Assembly: GCF_964204645.1 (NCBI RefSeq) | Contig: NC_134032.1 | Location: 11,148,275-11,212,274, forward strand | Reading direction: 5' to 3' | DNA: 64,000 nt | DNA from: Tubulanus polymorphus | Taxonomy: Eukaryota; Animalia; Nemertea | Part shown: positions 26,337 to 39,174 of the stretch, one piece after another | Numbering within the stretch: the stretch's first letter is position 1 | Layout: each line of letters opens with the position of its first letter | Notes under the pieces: model-generated | What the model was told of the DNA's origin: nothing | Databases searched by the model: none | The model's input: the letters and a program-made list of their open reading frames with translations, nothing else | Position numbers and translations under genes: made by a program

Positions 26337-27774
26337 TTAAATATCTCTTACAGCGAGGGAACTAAAAGAGTAAATGAAATTCAAAACACCGACAATGATA
26401 AAAATTGCTGGATAAGCGATATATGGTTGTACAGCACCCATTATCAACGTTAGTATTCCTGTTGTCACACGTGATGTGGCAGCATCTATTGCGTATATCG
26501 TCTCATAATTACCAGTAAATTTAACATCGGCGATATCAGAAAGCCAGGAAAAATAAAAACTAGTGAGAAGACCAAATGATATGTAACAGATAATAGAAAT
26601 GCCAAACGCTTGCCAAACACTTCTTATGAACATATATGAAAGGAATGAAAATGTCGCCATCAGACAATAAATTATGAAATAAATCCAACGATAATTTCTG
26701 GTTTTCGTCACCAGTAATCCGAATGTATTTGAACTCAGCAGATAAAATACCGTCGAAACCAATATCACTGTAGCTATCTGCCAGTGTTCTACATCGAGCG
26801 AGACTTGCTTAATCAAAAGAGGCATGTACAAGTAATGAATATTCATGCTAAAGAGATACACACAATCGAGACCTAAAAGCACCAATGTTTGGGCATCCGT
26901 CAACATTGATTTTACTAGTTTGAGATGAATTTTCCCCTCAGAAATCCCCGCACTGCTGTTCTCTATTCTGACAAAAGCTCGTAGCGCGATAACTATCATT
27001 AAGGCACCGAAAAGCATCCAAAATGATACCGCGTAACCGATAAGTTTCATTTCATATCAACGGATTGTGTAACCAATTTCAGCAGCGGCGAAATTCATAC
27101 CGTACACGACAGCTAACGCGGAAACTCTTTTGTCTTTATCCGCCAATGCAATCGCTACCACTGTCGACCCGGCGTTCAAAATAAACGACAAGGAAACCCC
27201 GATCAACGAATTTACAATCGCGAATATCCACCAAATCGATATGAAAACTGAAATGAAAATAGCTACGAGTCCTAATATTAGCCCAAACCAGAACGGTATT
27301 ACATGTCCATATTTGAACGTCAATCTACCACACAGAACGCTTCCAAGCACCAACCCAACATCGAACACAGCTTTAATGATGGCCACATTTTCGGCGATAT
27401 GTTTATCGGTAGATAATGAGTCATTACGGAATCCACCTTGCAGTTCACTGACTACGGCAGTTATTGTTCCTGATGTCGTATTGACAATAAACGAGGCAAA
27501 ACTTACAATAATGACGATAAGTAGAGGGTTTGCCTGGTAGCGGATCTTACGAGAAGATTCATCAGACGGTTGATCCTCTTTTGGTAGCATTTCAGACTGG
27601 TCAACGATTTGATGTAACTGGTTATCGATATGGCCACCAATAGCTCCATACTCATTGTTACCAACGGTAACATCTTTTTCAACAAGAATTCCAGTCGTAT
27701 CGTCCAACACTATTTTCATCCTATCGCTCTATTCCGCCTTCGACAAATGTGTTATGTAATGAGTAGAATTTCAT
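26337..27774 (-). pseudogene. Intronless SLC18 (VMAT/VAChT-like) copy A, disrupted
   Basis: Near-identical to 28504-29934 but has TTA(Leu)>TGA at 27057-27059 and a 4-bp insertion with a stop in the first 18 codons. This leaves in-frame ORFs of 220 aa and 237 aa. Confidence 0.8.
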
Positions 27775-28030
27775 AAGGATTTAATCCTATGCCACATGTG
27801 AAACTGCGATTGAAACGAATCAAATCACGGACTCTAAAACTAGGTGTTAGAATCAGGGTTAATTAGATCAGCAATTATTGACAATGTAAGTAAATAATCA
27901 AGTCAGCCTAAATCAAAGGTAAAAAGTGGTGAACATCACGCGCTACAATTCCGCATTCATTACGTTCAGTTTTTCTCGATTCGGAATTTCATTCTGGATT
28001 TGATAACATATGGTTTCGATACCGCCGACT

Positions 28031-28270
28031 CAGGGGCGGATCCAGATGGGATCGCAAGGAGCACGTATACTCCCGTCGAAACTTTTCCACGCCCTTTTGA
28101 AAAACAACGGCAATTATTTCAGGGTAACATTTCTACCCGCATCTACAAGAGCAACAGTCAGTTGCACAAAACTTCGGCCGAAACGCTTATATTCCTTTTG
28201 ATGTCACACGAGGCAGTGCATTCAACTTTCCAGACTCCCATTTTAGCGTCGCGCTCGCTTTGCGTGGATA
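28031..28270. mobile_element. hAT-like MITE fragment beginning CAGGGGCGGATCCAG at the duplication junction
   Basis: Characteristic terminal motif, located right after the point where the duplicated upstream sequence (27775-28027 vs 29935-30188) ends. Confidence 0.45.
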
Positions 28271-28503
28271 CTTGCCCTTTTCCAGTACATATTGTCTCAT
28301 TATTACAAGAGGGATAAAGAATATACACAGATCTATCAGAATTAAAGATCGAAATTTATTTTCTGTGATTACATCGCTTACTATAACAAACGATCACATA
28401 GGTGATAAATAGAAGAAATTACCGTGGATTACTGTCACCGCCATTTTAGGCAGCGAGATAATCCTTGATTGGTTTCTTATACGAAATCAAACTTTATTCT
28501 GAA

Positions 28504-29934
28504 TTAAATATCTCTTACAGCGAGGGAACTAAAAGAGTAGATGAAATTCAAAGCACCGACAATAATAAAAATTGCTGGATAAGCGATATATGGTTGTAGA
28601 GCACCCATTATCAACGTTAGTATTCCTGTTGTCACACGTGATGTTGCAGCATCTATTGCGTATATCGTCTCATAATTACCAGTAAATTTAACATCGGCGA
28701 TATCAGAAAGCCAGGAAAAATAAAAACTAGTGAGAAGACCAAATGATATGTAACAGATAATAGAAATGCCAAACGCTTGCCAAACACTTCTTATGAACAT
28801 ATATGAAAGGAATGAAAATGTCGCCATCAGACAATAAATTATGAAATAAATCCAACGATAATTTCTGGTTTTCGTCACCAGTAATCCGAATGTATTTAAA
28901 CTCAGCAGATAAAATACCGTCGAAACCAATATCAGTGTAGCTATCTGCCAGTGTTCTACATCGAGCGAGACTTGCTTAATCAAAAGAGGCATGTACAAGT
29001 AATGAATATTCATGCTAAAGAGATACACACAATTGAGACCTAAAAGCACCAATGTTTGGGCATCCGTCAACATTGATTTTACTAGTTTGAGATGAATTTT
29101 CCCCTCAGAAATCCCCGCACTGCTGTTCTCTATTCTGACAAAAGCTCGTAGCGCGATAACTATCATTAAGGCACCGAAACGCATCCAAAATGATACCGCG
29201 TAACCGATAAGTTTCATTTCATATAAACGGATTGTGTAACCAATTTCAGCAGCGGCGAAATTCATACCGTACACGACAGCTAACGCGGAAACTCTTTTGT
29301 CTTTATCCGTCAATGCAATCGCTACCATTGTCGACCCGGCATTCGAAATAAACGATAAGGAAACCCCGATCAACGAATTCACAATCGCGAATATCCACCA
29401 AATCGATATGAAAACTGAAATGAAAATAGCTACGAGTCCTAATATCAGCCCAAACCAGAACGGTATTACATGTCCATATTTGAACGTCAATCTACCACAC
29501 AGAACGCTTCCAAGCACCAACCCAACATCGAACACAGATTTAGTGATGGCCACATTTTCGGCGATATGTTTATCGGTAGATAATGAGTCATTACGGAATC
29601 CACCTTGCAGTTCACTGACTACGGCAGTTATTGTTCCTGATGTATTGACAATAAACGAGGCAAAACTTACAATAATGACGATAAGTAGAGGGTTTGCCTG
29701 GTAGCGGATCTTACGAGAAGATTCATCAGACGGTTGATCCTCCTTTGGTAGTATTTCAGACTGGTCAACGATTTGATGTAACTGGTTATCGATATGGCCA
29801 CCAATAGCTCCATACTCATTGTTACCAACGGTAACATCTTTTTCAACAAGAATTCCAGTCGTATCGTCCAACACTATTTTCATCCAATCGGTCTCTTCCG
29901 CGTTCGATGTGTTATGTAATGCGTAGAATTTCAT
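28504..29934 (-). CDS. Intronless MFS transporter, divergent SLC18 (vesicular amine transporter-like) copy B, 476 aa
   Basis: Single ORF with about 12 hydrophobic segments. Colinear with recalled VMAT motifs: [16 protein letters not shown]~[32 protein letters not shown]~[40 protein letters not shown]~[38 protein letters not shown]~DLRHVSVYGSVYAI. Confidence 0.85.
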   Translation of the reverse strand: [476 protein letters not shown]

Positions 29935-30190
29935 AAGGATGTAATCCTATGCCACATGTGAAACTGCGATTGAAACGAATCAAATCACGGGCTCTAAAAC
30001 TTAGTGTTAAAATCCGGGTAAATTCGATCAGCTAAATGCCAATTACGGGATATGTTAATAATCAAATCAGCGCGTTCGTAAGGTACAAAGCGGTGAACAC
30101 GAGCTCGAATACCGCATTCATTATGTTCAGTTTTTCTCGATTCGGAATTTCATTCTAGATTTGATAACATAGGATTTCGATACCGCCACT

Positions 30191-31030
30191 ACCTTTTTAT
30201 ATGCTGACGATACGACACTATATTCCTCAATTGATCCTGAAAATCCAAATGTTGGTAATAACCTTGCCAATATTGCTGAATGGGCTTCACACTGGAAACC
30301 TGATTTTAAAGCTAGTAAAAGCTGTGATCTAAATTTTTTTTACATTAAGTAATATATAATACGATCAATTGTATATACATGACAACCCGATAGTAAATAA
30401 AAATAAGCACCTTCGATTTATTCTGGATTCAAAACTTTCATTTGAAGACCGTGTTAACTATGTGTATGTAAAAGTTCTGACATGCCTAAATCCTCTTAAA
30501 TCATTGTTTTATAGACTTAAATCATGACATCTAAATACTATTTATGCATCATTTACATTTCCTCATTATGAATATTGCCATATCATTTACAATAGTGCCC
30601 CTAAAATATCTTTACAAAAACTAGAACGTTTACATAACAAAACAGCACCATTGATGTCGGGTTGTATACATGGTTCAAATACGTACGAATAAAGTTTTAA
30701 ATGTACTAGACTGGCAAACCTTGTCACACGGTTGCGTCTACAGTTATTTATGTATAAAGTATCTAAGGGTCATTGCCCAATATATGTCTCATCATTTTTT
30801 CATCAATGTATATATATTCCTGATAGAATAACAAGAAATCATCGTCCTTATCGTATTCCAACATCCCTTGTTGCAAAACCTGCAAATTCTCCATTCATTC
30901 AGTTATGACTGTGTGGAACAACACACGGGATCAAAATCGAAATAGCCCCACATATTCTCAGCTCAATCCAAAATTTTATTACGTAAATTGAGTATTTCTC
31001 CAACTTCAACTATTTACTTGAAATACGTCT
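30191..31030 (+). mobile_element. Decayed CR1/L2-group LINE reverse transcriptase fragment
   Basis: TFLYADDTTLYS...LANIAEWASHWK (YADD motif), then ILDSKLSFEDRV and PHYEYCHIIY...LQKLERL, with stops and frameshifts. Confidence 0.85.
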
Positions 31031-31049
31031 CTAAGCAGAAAAGAGGAAG

Positions 31050-32778
31050 GAGTATCGCTTCACTTATTGTCACTATGGCATCAGGGACATTGATTGCCGT
31101 AGTAAGTGAACTGCAAGATGAATTTCGTGATAACTCATTATCTGCTGATAAACATATCGCGGAATATGTGGCCATCACCAAAGCTACCTACGATTTAGGA
31201 TCAATGGTTGGGGACGTTGCTTGTGGTAGAGTGACGTTCAAATATGGCCGCTTTTTATACCCGTTCTGGTGTTTGGACTGATATTGGGACTCGTAACTAT
31301 TTACATCTCAGCTTTCGTGTCAATCTGGTGGATATTTGCGACTCTGAATTTGCTTGCTGTGATTTCTTCACCGTTTTTAGTCCAAGCGGGTTCAACTATG
31401 GAGTCGATTGAGTTTGGAAGTGAAGCTAAACTAGCTAGGGAGCGTTCATAAATTACGTACCTCCATTGGGGGAGGGGGGGGTTACTGAATTTTGGTACAA
31501 AGTGGTACATGGGGGAGGGGGTCAGCAAAAAAGGTACGTACTTTGAGGGAGTGGGGTATTAATCAATCTTGGTACGTACTTTATGTACCAAACTAAAATG
31601 AAAATAGCCGTTGGTGTTTTATCGGCTTTTAGTACCGGGTATATAAAATCAATAAACAACAATACTTGCTTAATTCTTTTGTTGCGTCATTTATTTAATA
31701 TCGGAATTTTGTTCTAAACAAAATGTCGAGGTACCACTTGTAGTAGACTTCAACTGGGATGTCCCCAATACCGGGTACCGGTATCGATCTTTCACGCACT
31801 TGTTGGTACATCATTAATGAAATCAGGTATTTATATTTTTTGATTTGTGTTCTTTGCATCAATATAATTGGGGAGGGGGGGTGGTCATGGGTGCGATGGT
31901 ACGTTCCTCAGAGGGGGGTCAGTGAATTTGGTACAAAGGTGGTACAAGGGGGGAGGGGGGTCAGAAAAACGGGAGATTTTGAGGTACGTAATTTGTGAAC
32001 GCTCCTAGCTTAAGCCGTAGTCTACAGTTTTGCATACTGTGGCGCAGGATATGGCTGTGCAACCACTTTCTATGAAATCTAGATGGTTGGACGTGCGATA
32101 CCTTTTAGGATTCTTTCCTCCGCCCGAGCGACTGTTACACTAATTCGAGCATTCGTCAAAATAGAAAATAGAAATTTCTAAAGACAGACCTATCCAACTG
32201 AGCCAAGTAAAGTTAATATTAAGTGATATCCAAACGATCGTTTTATTCGGGCTCAAATGCCTTAAATATCAATATCAATATACAACACATCTATATGCCT
32301 TTGCTGATTGCGAAGGTCGCGTTCGGTGCAAAGCGATGGCCGATTGGAACAGTTTTAGTGGCGTCAGCTACAATCCTCCTTTTAGGCACGAATTTGGATT
32401 ACTCAAAGCCGAAAATTAGGAATCGTCTTTGGATGTATTTAATAGTTTATTGCGTGATGTCGACAATTTCATTCGTTTCATATCCGTTCATAAGAAATGT
32501 TTGGCAAGCGTTGGCTTCCGATATAATCTGTAAACTCTCGTCTGGACTAATGACTAGTTTCAGTTTTTCCTGGGTTTCTGATGTCGCGGACAAGAAATTC
32601 AACGGGAACTACGAGACTATATTCGCTATAAATGTTTTGGTATCACGTTTGACCACGATAATATTTATCACCGCGCAGCAGGTAGAACCTGTAATAAGGT
32701 ACTCAGCAATTTTTATAGCTAGAGGCGTTACGCTTTTCTTGTACTTCTGTACGTTTGTTGCTGTATAAGATATGTGAC
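31050..32778 (+). pseudogene. SLC18-like pseudogene C (5'-truncated at the LINE junction, MITE-interrupted)
   Basis: ORF fragments [28 protein letters not shown] and FSWVSDVADKKFNGNYETIFAI are homologous to copy B. Frameshifted, with an insertion at 31439-32005. Confidence 0.85.
31439..32005. mobile_element. MITE with 25-bp TIRs GGAGCGTTCA(T/C)AAATTACGTACCTC and G-rich subterminal repeats
   Basis: 24/25 TIR match and TAG on both flanks. The empty site is visible in paralog D at about 37785-37800. A related element lies at 63512-63866. Confidence 0.85.
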
Positions 32779-32987
32779 TGAGTGGTCCGTATTTAAGACA
32801 AAGGCGCCCCTGCCAATAACAACATGTGTAGAGAAGTAGCTCTTTGTATAGACATATACATGTATATATCCGTGATTTCAGTCGAGTAATACTGCCACAT
32901 TTAAAAAACGATCTACTTGTAAAAAGTAACAAACTATATGTACACGTAGTCAGTTATTCCCTTTTCTGATTTGTAAATCTTCTCTTA

Positions 32988-35900
32988 TCAGTTGTTGTTT
33001 TGAGTATTCCTGCTGGGTGATGCTATCATTTCTAAGTTTTTGTCTACTGAACCATCAATTTTTGCCCAAGGCTGGACCTCGCCGCTTCCTATGACCAAAT
33101 AAACTAATGCACCAAGCAAGCCAACACCTGCACATATGCATAAAAATAATTGCCATTCTTCTCTCGTGTTCTGCAAGTAGATAGAAAATGATTAAAATTA
33201 AAAAATGTCTAAATTGTCTTAAACAAGGTTGGAAAACTGCCTTAAATAAGGTTAGAAAAAGATACGCGCTTTTAGCGTATATTTCTACTTACGTGTTCAG
33301 TTATAATCCCAGCGATTGCTGGGCCAAGTAAGCCTGCAGCCGATGAAAATGTGGACGCCACTCCCACCAACAAACCGGCATATTTGGGGGCGATATCCAC
33401 TTGGTTACAGAAGACCACACTGCACGGGCATCCCAGCGCCGCTCCTCCCGCAATAAGGAGAACTAATGCTAAACTAACGTGAAAACAATCGAGGAATCCC
33501 AAACTAAAGATGAAAGTCGACGAGGCAATCATTCCTGAAAGGTAATTGTTGTCGATATACATGTACACATTCGAAACTCGCTGCAGTCTGAATGCTGTTA
33601 CAAATGCACCAATCAACTGAAGTTTGGCAAAGCTTACCAGCAGAATATAATGTTTTCCGTGTCAATGTGATTGCGTCAGGATATTTTTTGATGAGAAAAT
33701 CGGCGAGGATCCCGCAAAGTATAAGAACTGCCCACATCATTGCAATACATATTGACGTGTAGATTCCAATCTGCAAAAGAGAATTTCATCCAATTGAATA
33801 TCTAGCGAACATTATATTTCATTCATATACCGGTAGATTATCGATCATTGATTACCTGTTACTATGTTTTGCAAAATCAACTATTCGTCATTGATATGAA
33901 TATTAGCGTAAATTTATTTAGAAAAGCAGTTAATTGGTGACGAGTCTTGCAGACTGATACCTGTTGAGACAAATTCCCAAGGTACTCGAAAGAGTTTTCG
34001 GACAAAAAAAAAGCCTGAACATTTATTTATGTAAACTACCAGCCATAATTCATCTAACTCCAGGTTTCTTATCGTAGAAAAAATGATAGTAGGATATAGT
34101 TTTGTCAAAAAGGGCATGATGAGGTATCTAATCCTTGTACGACTTACCGTTTTGATGCCGAGCTTTAGAACGTCGTTGATATACGACGGTGTCACCACCT
34201 GAAGGGCGAAATTCACCCAGGAAAAACAAAAGTATCCAATATTCAAAGCCCATATTGGACCAGACTTGATAAATCTACTCCACGGGATGTCTTGCAGTAC
34301 CTACAAACATGTGTGTATATGAATTCTTCGATAGCATTGGACGAAAAATATGAAATAACATGTAACATAATAACATTTATACGTAGGAAACTTAAAAAAT
34401 CGAATAGTTCTTTGAAGGCTTATTTTATTTTACTAAAACAAGGAGCTTTTGTGTAGCTTCATCAAAAAGATGAGTGCAGTTCCATTGCAGATACGAGAGT
34501 ACATGTAAAGGGAGACACGTTTTACGTTTACTGATTCGACACCAGGTTTACACGACCCATTCACAATTCTCCTCATCCATATCAAAGAAACTTACAAAAG
34601 CTTTAAACTGTTGTTTTTCCATCTGGCCGGCTAGAGATTCCTGTATATACTTTTTCTCAGCCGCCGATATTCTGGGATGTTGTTCCGGTGTATCGTAAGC
34701 GATAAAGAACCAACAGAAACACCAAACACACGATAGTCCACCAAAAGTGTAGAAAATCGACGGCCATCCGAGATATTCACAAAATACACCCGAAAGCGCA
34801 AGGTTCACTATTGACCCCATTTTTGCACCTGAAATGAATTTCTACCGCATTATCAATTGTACTTATCTCAGACAGGGTGGCCACCTTTGTTAGCTATTCC
34901 CTGACTATTCCCTGATATAAGTGGTTTCCCTGAACTCATCTGGTGGGAATTCAATCAAAAATACGTAAATTATAGACGGAAATGGTTTGATTTTTTGCAC
35001 GAACCAACTACTAACAGTATCTCAACGAATATCCTTTACTTTTTTTGCCTATATATTAGCTTTTTTGTTTACAAAATTCCCCGACTCGTTTTAAAGATAT
35101 TAAAAAACCCGACTTTCCCCACATTTCCCTGATATACAGATTAACGCCCACTCGATATGACATCATGAGCATATGAAAGCATAGAAATAAACTACCTGAT
35201 ATTGCTATAACAGTCAGCCTAGTTCTCTCAAAAGGTGGAGCCCAGGCCGCCATCAAGGACGATATCGCCGGAAGCGCGAAGCCCTTGAATCGAAACAGTC
35301 GTAACTTGTGATATCGATGTTATTTTCCATAACCACTGATTTTTCGTTCGAACTCACCATAACCGCTTATGGATACACTTACCTGGCAAAGACCGGTGAT
35401 GAATCGAAGAGTGATGACTAGATAAGGACTAGCTGTAGAAGCAATGGGAATCAACAATGTGGCTACAGTCGATACTGCAGTTGTGGATCCGAAAGTAACG
35501 CGTCCTCCGTACTTCGAAATGATCATACCCGCCGGGAAAGAAGTAACTACATATCCCCAGAATATTGAACTAAGGATCAAACCTTGAGTTTCTTTCGACC
35601 AAATGAAACTTCCATCCTGATCAGAATGAGAAAATATTACAAAGCATTAGCGTATGTGCGTCGAGTTTCTGAAGTTCTGAGTTAGATGAATACACGGAAC
35701 GAATGTTTGTTCCTTAAGAACTGCCCCCCTCCGGTAAACCAGTAAACATAAAGACAAATCGTACGTCAGAGGTTAACTTTATTTCATTAAAAGTGCAAAC
35801 GTTCGCTTTTAGTTGTAGCTTCTCTAGGTAAATGATGATAAATCTATCAGTGTATGGTTCATATATACCGGGTGTCCCACAATATGGTTCCTCTAAAATT

Positions 35901-36774
35901 ATTGAATACTTATAAGTTAATCCTTCTCAGTAATTACATTTTTATGATTTATTAGTAATTAGTAGGATGTATTCTGGGCCATGTAGACCACGCCCAGTTG
36001 GTTTTCAAATACTAGTTATGAAGCGACTGATTTTACTTCAAAACCAAACTTGATAGAGGAAATCAGGCTGCTTATTAATGATAGGCAGGTATATTCGTTT
36101 GCAAAACAAATTCCATTTTCGTGATATTGAATTGAGTGACACACAATTATGTTGCTAATCGTTTAACAAAGGTTCAACAAAGAAGGACACACTGCAAATG
36201 GACAGCACCAACAATTCATCAAGACTAGACTGGTCATTATGAATTTTTGTTAGCCCTCATTTGCTTGACGAAGCGACTATACACATAGTATATCGAAAAT
36301 AGATACTTATGATAAAATCCAGCAAACCTTCGAAGTTCTATTTATCTTAAATTTTACTGATTCGACAGAATGTCCGACCTCTATAACTTTAATCTACCTG
36401 ATGTTTAGATTCGTAACCTAAACTCCTATTCGAAGAACATTTTACGCTGCCCTCGTCTCGTTTCGACCAATCCTCTTCCGGTAATGTTAACTTTTCTACT
36501 GCGGTATGGTTCACCATGCAAACTACTGCTACACTCATACTCGCGATTACAGCGCCCAGACAAAAACATCCGAAAGAAATAACAATTGCCAACGCTAAAC
36601 GGGATGAACCCATCCATGTATCTAGACCAATATACACAAAATTCTATATAATATGTCCATATGTCCACCTTCGAACATACATGTACATAAACAGACTTCT
36701 AATTGAATATCATAAAGTTTCTGAAAAACATCAATGACATACTTACAGCCTTTATTTTCATCTGAAAGTGTCAT
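32988..36774 (-). CDS. SLC17 (sialin/organic anion transporter-like) paralog 1, 9 exons
   Basis: Motifs SVAVVCMVNHT, WSKETQGLILSSIFWGY, WAPPFER, GWPSIFYTFG, YDTPEQHPRISAAEKKYI, DIAPKYAG and GSGEVQPWA. First coding exon 36747-36774; GT-AG junctions in phase where checked. Confidence 0.88.
35866..36196. mobile_element. Possible Tc1/mariner-like insertion in intron 2 of SLC17 paralog 1
   Basis: Starts TACCGGGTGTCCC, with a degenerate inverse AGGACACACTGCA near 36184. Not evident in the same intron of paralogs 2 and 3. Confidence 0.4.
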
Positions 36775-37294
36775 TTTTGTATCGCGTCACTGCAACGAGC
36801 AATGGCAGATTTTATTCCGTAACCGTTTTAATGTATTTTCAACCTATACACGCACAGTCTATTATATGTGCTAATACATCTATTTAATTTTGAAGCCAGA
36901 TTTGATTTGCTAGAAATAGGATTAATCTCTTATCTATGCTGCGTGCCATATAAAGCGACCACAGCTGGAGCGAAACAGGACTTATGAATGATTCCGAGAT
37001 TTTTTTTCTAGATTTGATGATCGCGGTAATTAGATGCCACATTTCGTGGTATTTCGAAGCACAAGAAGCACGGCTTGCCTCGCAATTTTCTCGCGCTTTC
37101 TTAATAACAACGGACATTATCTTTTTCTCAGGGCAAGTTTTTTTTCACCTGCATCAAAAGCGCAGCAGTCAGCAGCACAAAATCTTCTCGACTCCGAATC
37201 ATTATCCACATGATCGATAAACTAATTACCCTCTTTAACCTCTGTGAAAATTGGAAATATAGCTTCAAGTGATACTTAGATATTTCAACCAATC

Positions 37295-38490
37295 TAGTCA
37301 CACCGTTTACCAGTCCGAATCATTACCAAATAAGGATAAATCGTCCGAGGTATTTTAATGTAACATCCACTGCCAGGCAAACCCTGTAATTGTCGTCTGT
37401 ATCGTAAGTGCTGCTTCATTTATTGTCACCATGGCATCAGGGACATTGATTGCCGTAGTAAGTGAACTGCAAGATGGATTTCGTAATAACTCATTATCTG
37501 CTGATAAACATATCGCCGAAAACGTGGCCATCACCAAAGCTACCTACGATTTAGGATTAATGGTTGGGTACGTTGCTTGTGGTAGAGTGACGTTCAAATA
37601 TGACCGCTTATTATACCCGTTCTGGTTTGGACTGATATTGGGACTCGTAACTATTTTCATCTCTGCTTTCGTGTCAATCTGGTAGATATTGGCGACTCTG
37701 AATTTGCTTGCTGGGATTTCTTAACCGTTTTTAGTTCAAGCGGGTTCGACTATGGTGTCGATTGAGTTTGGAAGTGAAGCTAAACTAGCTATAACTTTAG
37801 CCGTAGTCTACAGTATTGCATACAGTGGCGCAGGATATGGCTATGCAACCACTTTATATGAAATCAAGATGGTTGGACGTGCGGTACCTTTTTAGATTCT
37901 TTTCTCCGCCCTAGCGACTGTTACATTAATTCGAGCATTCGTCAAAATAGAAAATACCCACTCAGGAATTTCTAAAGACAGACCTATCCAACTGAACCAA
38001 GTAAAATTAATGTTAACTGATATCCAAACGATCGTGCTATTCGGGGTCAAATGCATTCACGTCATCAATATCAATGTACAACACATCTATATGCCTTTGC
38101 TGATTGCGAAGGTCGTTCGGTGCAAAGCGATGGCAGATAGGAACAGTTTTAGTGGCGTCAACTACAATTTCTTTCGTTTCATATCCGCTCATAAGAAATG
38201 TTTGGCAAGCATTGGCTTCCGATATAATCTGTAAACTCTCGTCTGGACTGATGACTATAGTTTCAGTTTTTCCTGGCTTTCCGATGTCGCGGACAGGAAA
38301 TATAACGGGAACTACGAGACTATAATTTTATTCGCTATTAGATGGTTTGGTATCACGTTTGACCCACGATGATATTTATTACCGCAGCGGGTACAGTAGA
38401 ACCTTCATAGGATACTCGACGATTTTTATAGCTATAGGCGTTCCACATTTCTTGTACTCCTTCACTTCTGTTGTTGTAAGAGATATTATG
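37295..38490 (+). pseudogene. SLC18-like pseudogene D
   Basis: [55 protein letters not shown] is homologous to copy B. TAG at 37683, further stops, frameshifts and an internal deletion. Confidence 0.88.
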
Positions 38491-39174
38491 ACTGGGTGAT
38501 TGGTATCATAGGCATCCCTGCCAATAACTATAGAGGACGAGTTTCTATAAACATGGATGTGATTTTCATTAGATTAATTTGAAAATACATCAGCAGATAT
38601 TGTCAAAAACTATAATCGATCGTCAAAACAGGGCCGTACCTAGCATTTCTCTTTTTTTTGGGGGGGGGAGGTTTGCAGTGAAAAAAGGACCGTAGCTTAT
38701 GTAACTGCCCTTCCCCCCCCCCAATTGAAATTAAAAATTGATTAAGCCACGGTAGAAGGAAGAACAAGAAAACTAATTTGAAGGTTTATTGACGCCTTGA
38801 AAAATACTCATGCTTAGTATTGTCAACGATTAATAATACAAATATATCTAAAACATTACATTGTATCAAGGATCAAAAAAGTTATTTTGATCTTGAACAT
38901 ATCGATAATTGAATTCAATTGACTGCCAACCGGTCTAGCCCCATATATCGATGACGTAGTGCAATCTCAACAATAATCATCAAAATTCATCAAAAATAGA
39001 ATAAGAGTTATGATACATATCTAATTACAACATAAAACCGCCAAATTTGCAATCCTTATTGTAATAGTAATAGTAATAGTAATATATTTTCTTATATAGC
39101 GCAGATCTAAGAAATAATCGCTGCGCTTCACAATGTAAAACACAATAGTAATTGTCCCACTGTATATTGAAAGA

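Noticed and set aside
26200-27059. Selenocysteine recoding of the TGA in copy A
   Set aside because: The paralog has Leu, not Cys. A 3' hairpin starting ATGA...AA lacks the 3' GA of the SECIS quartet, and a second lesion exists near the 5' end.
26337-29934. Bacterial horizontal transfer of the intronless MFS genes
   Set aside because: The motifs track animal SLC18 along the whole length; lack of introns alone is not evidence of transfer.
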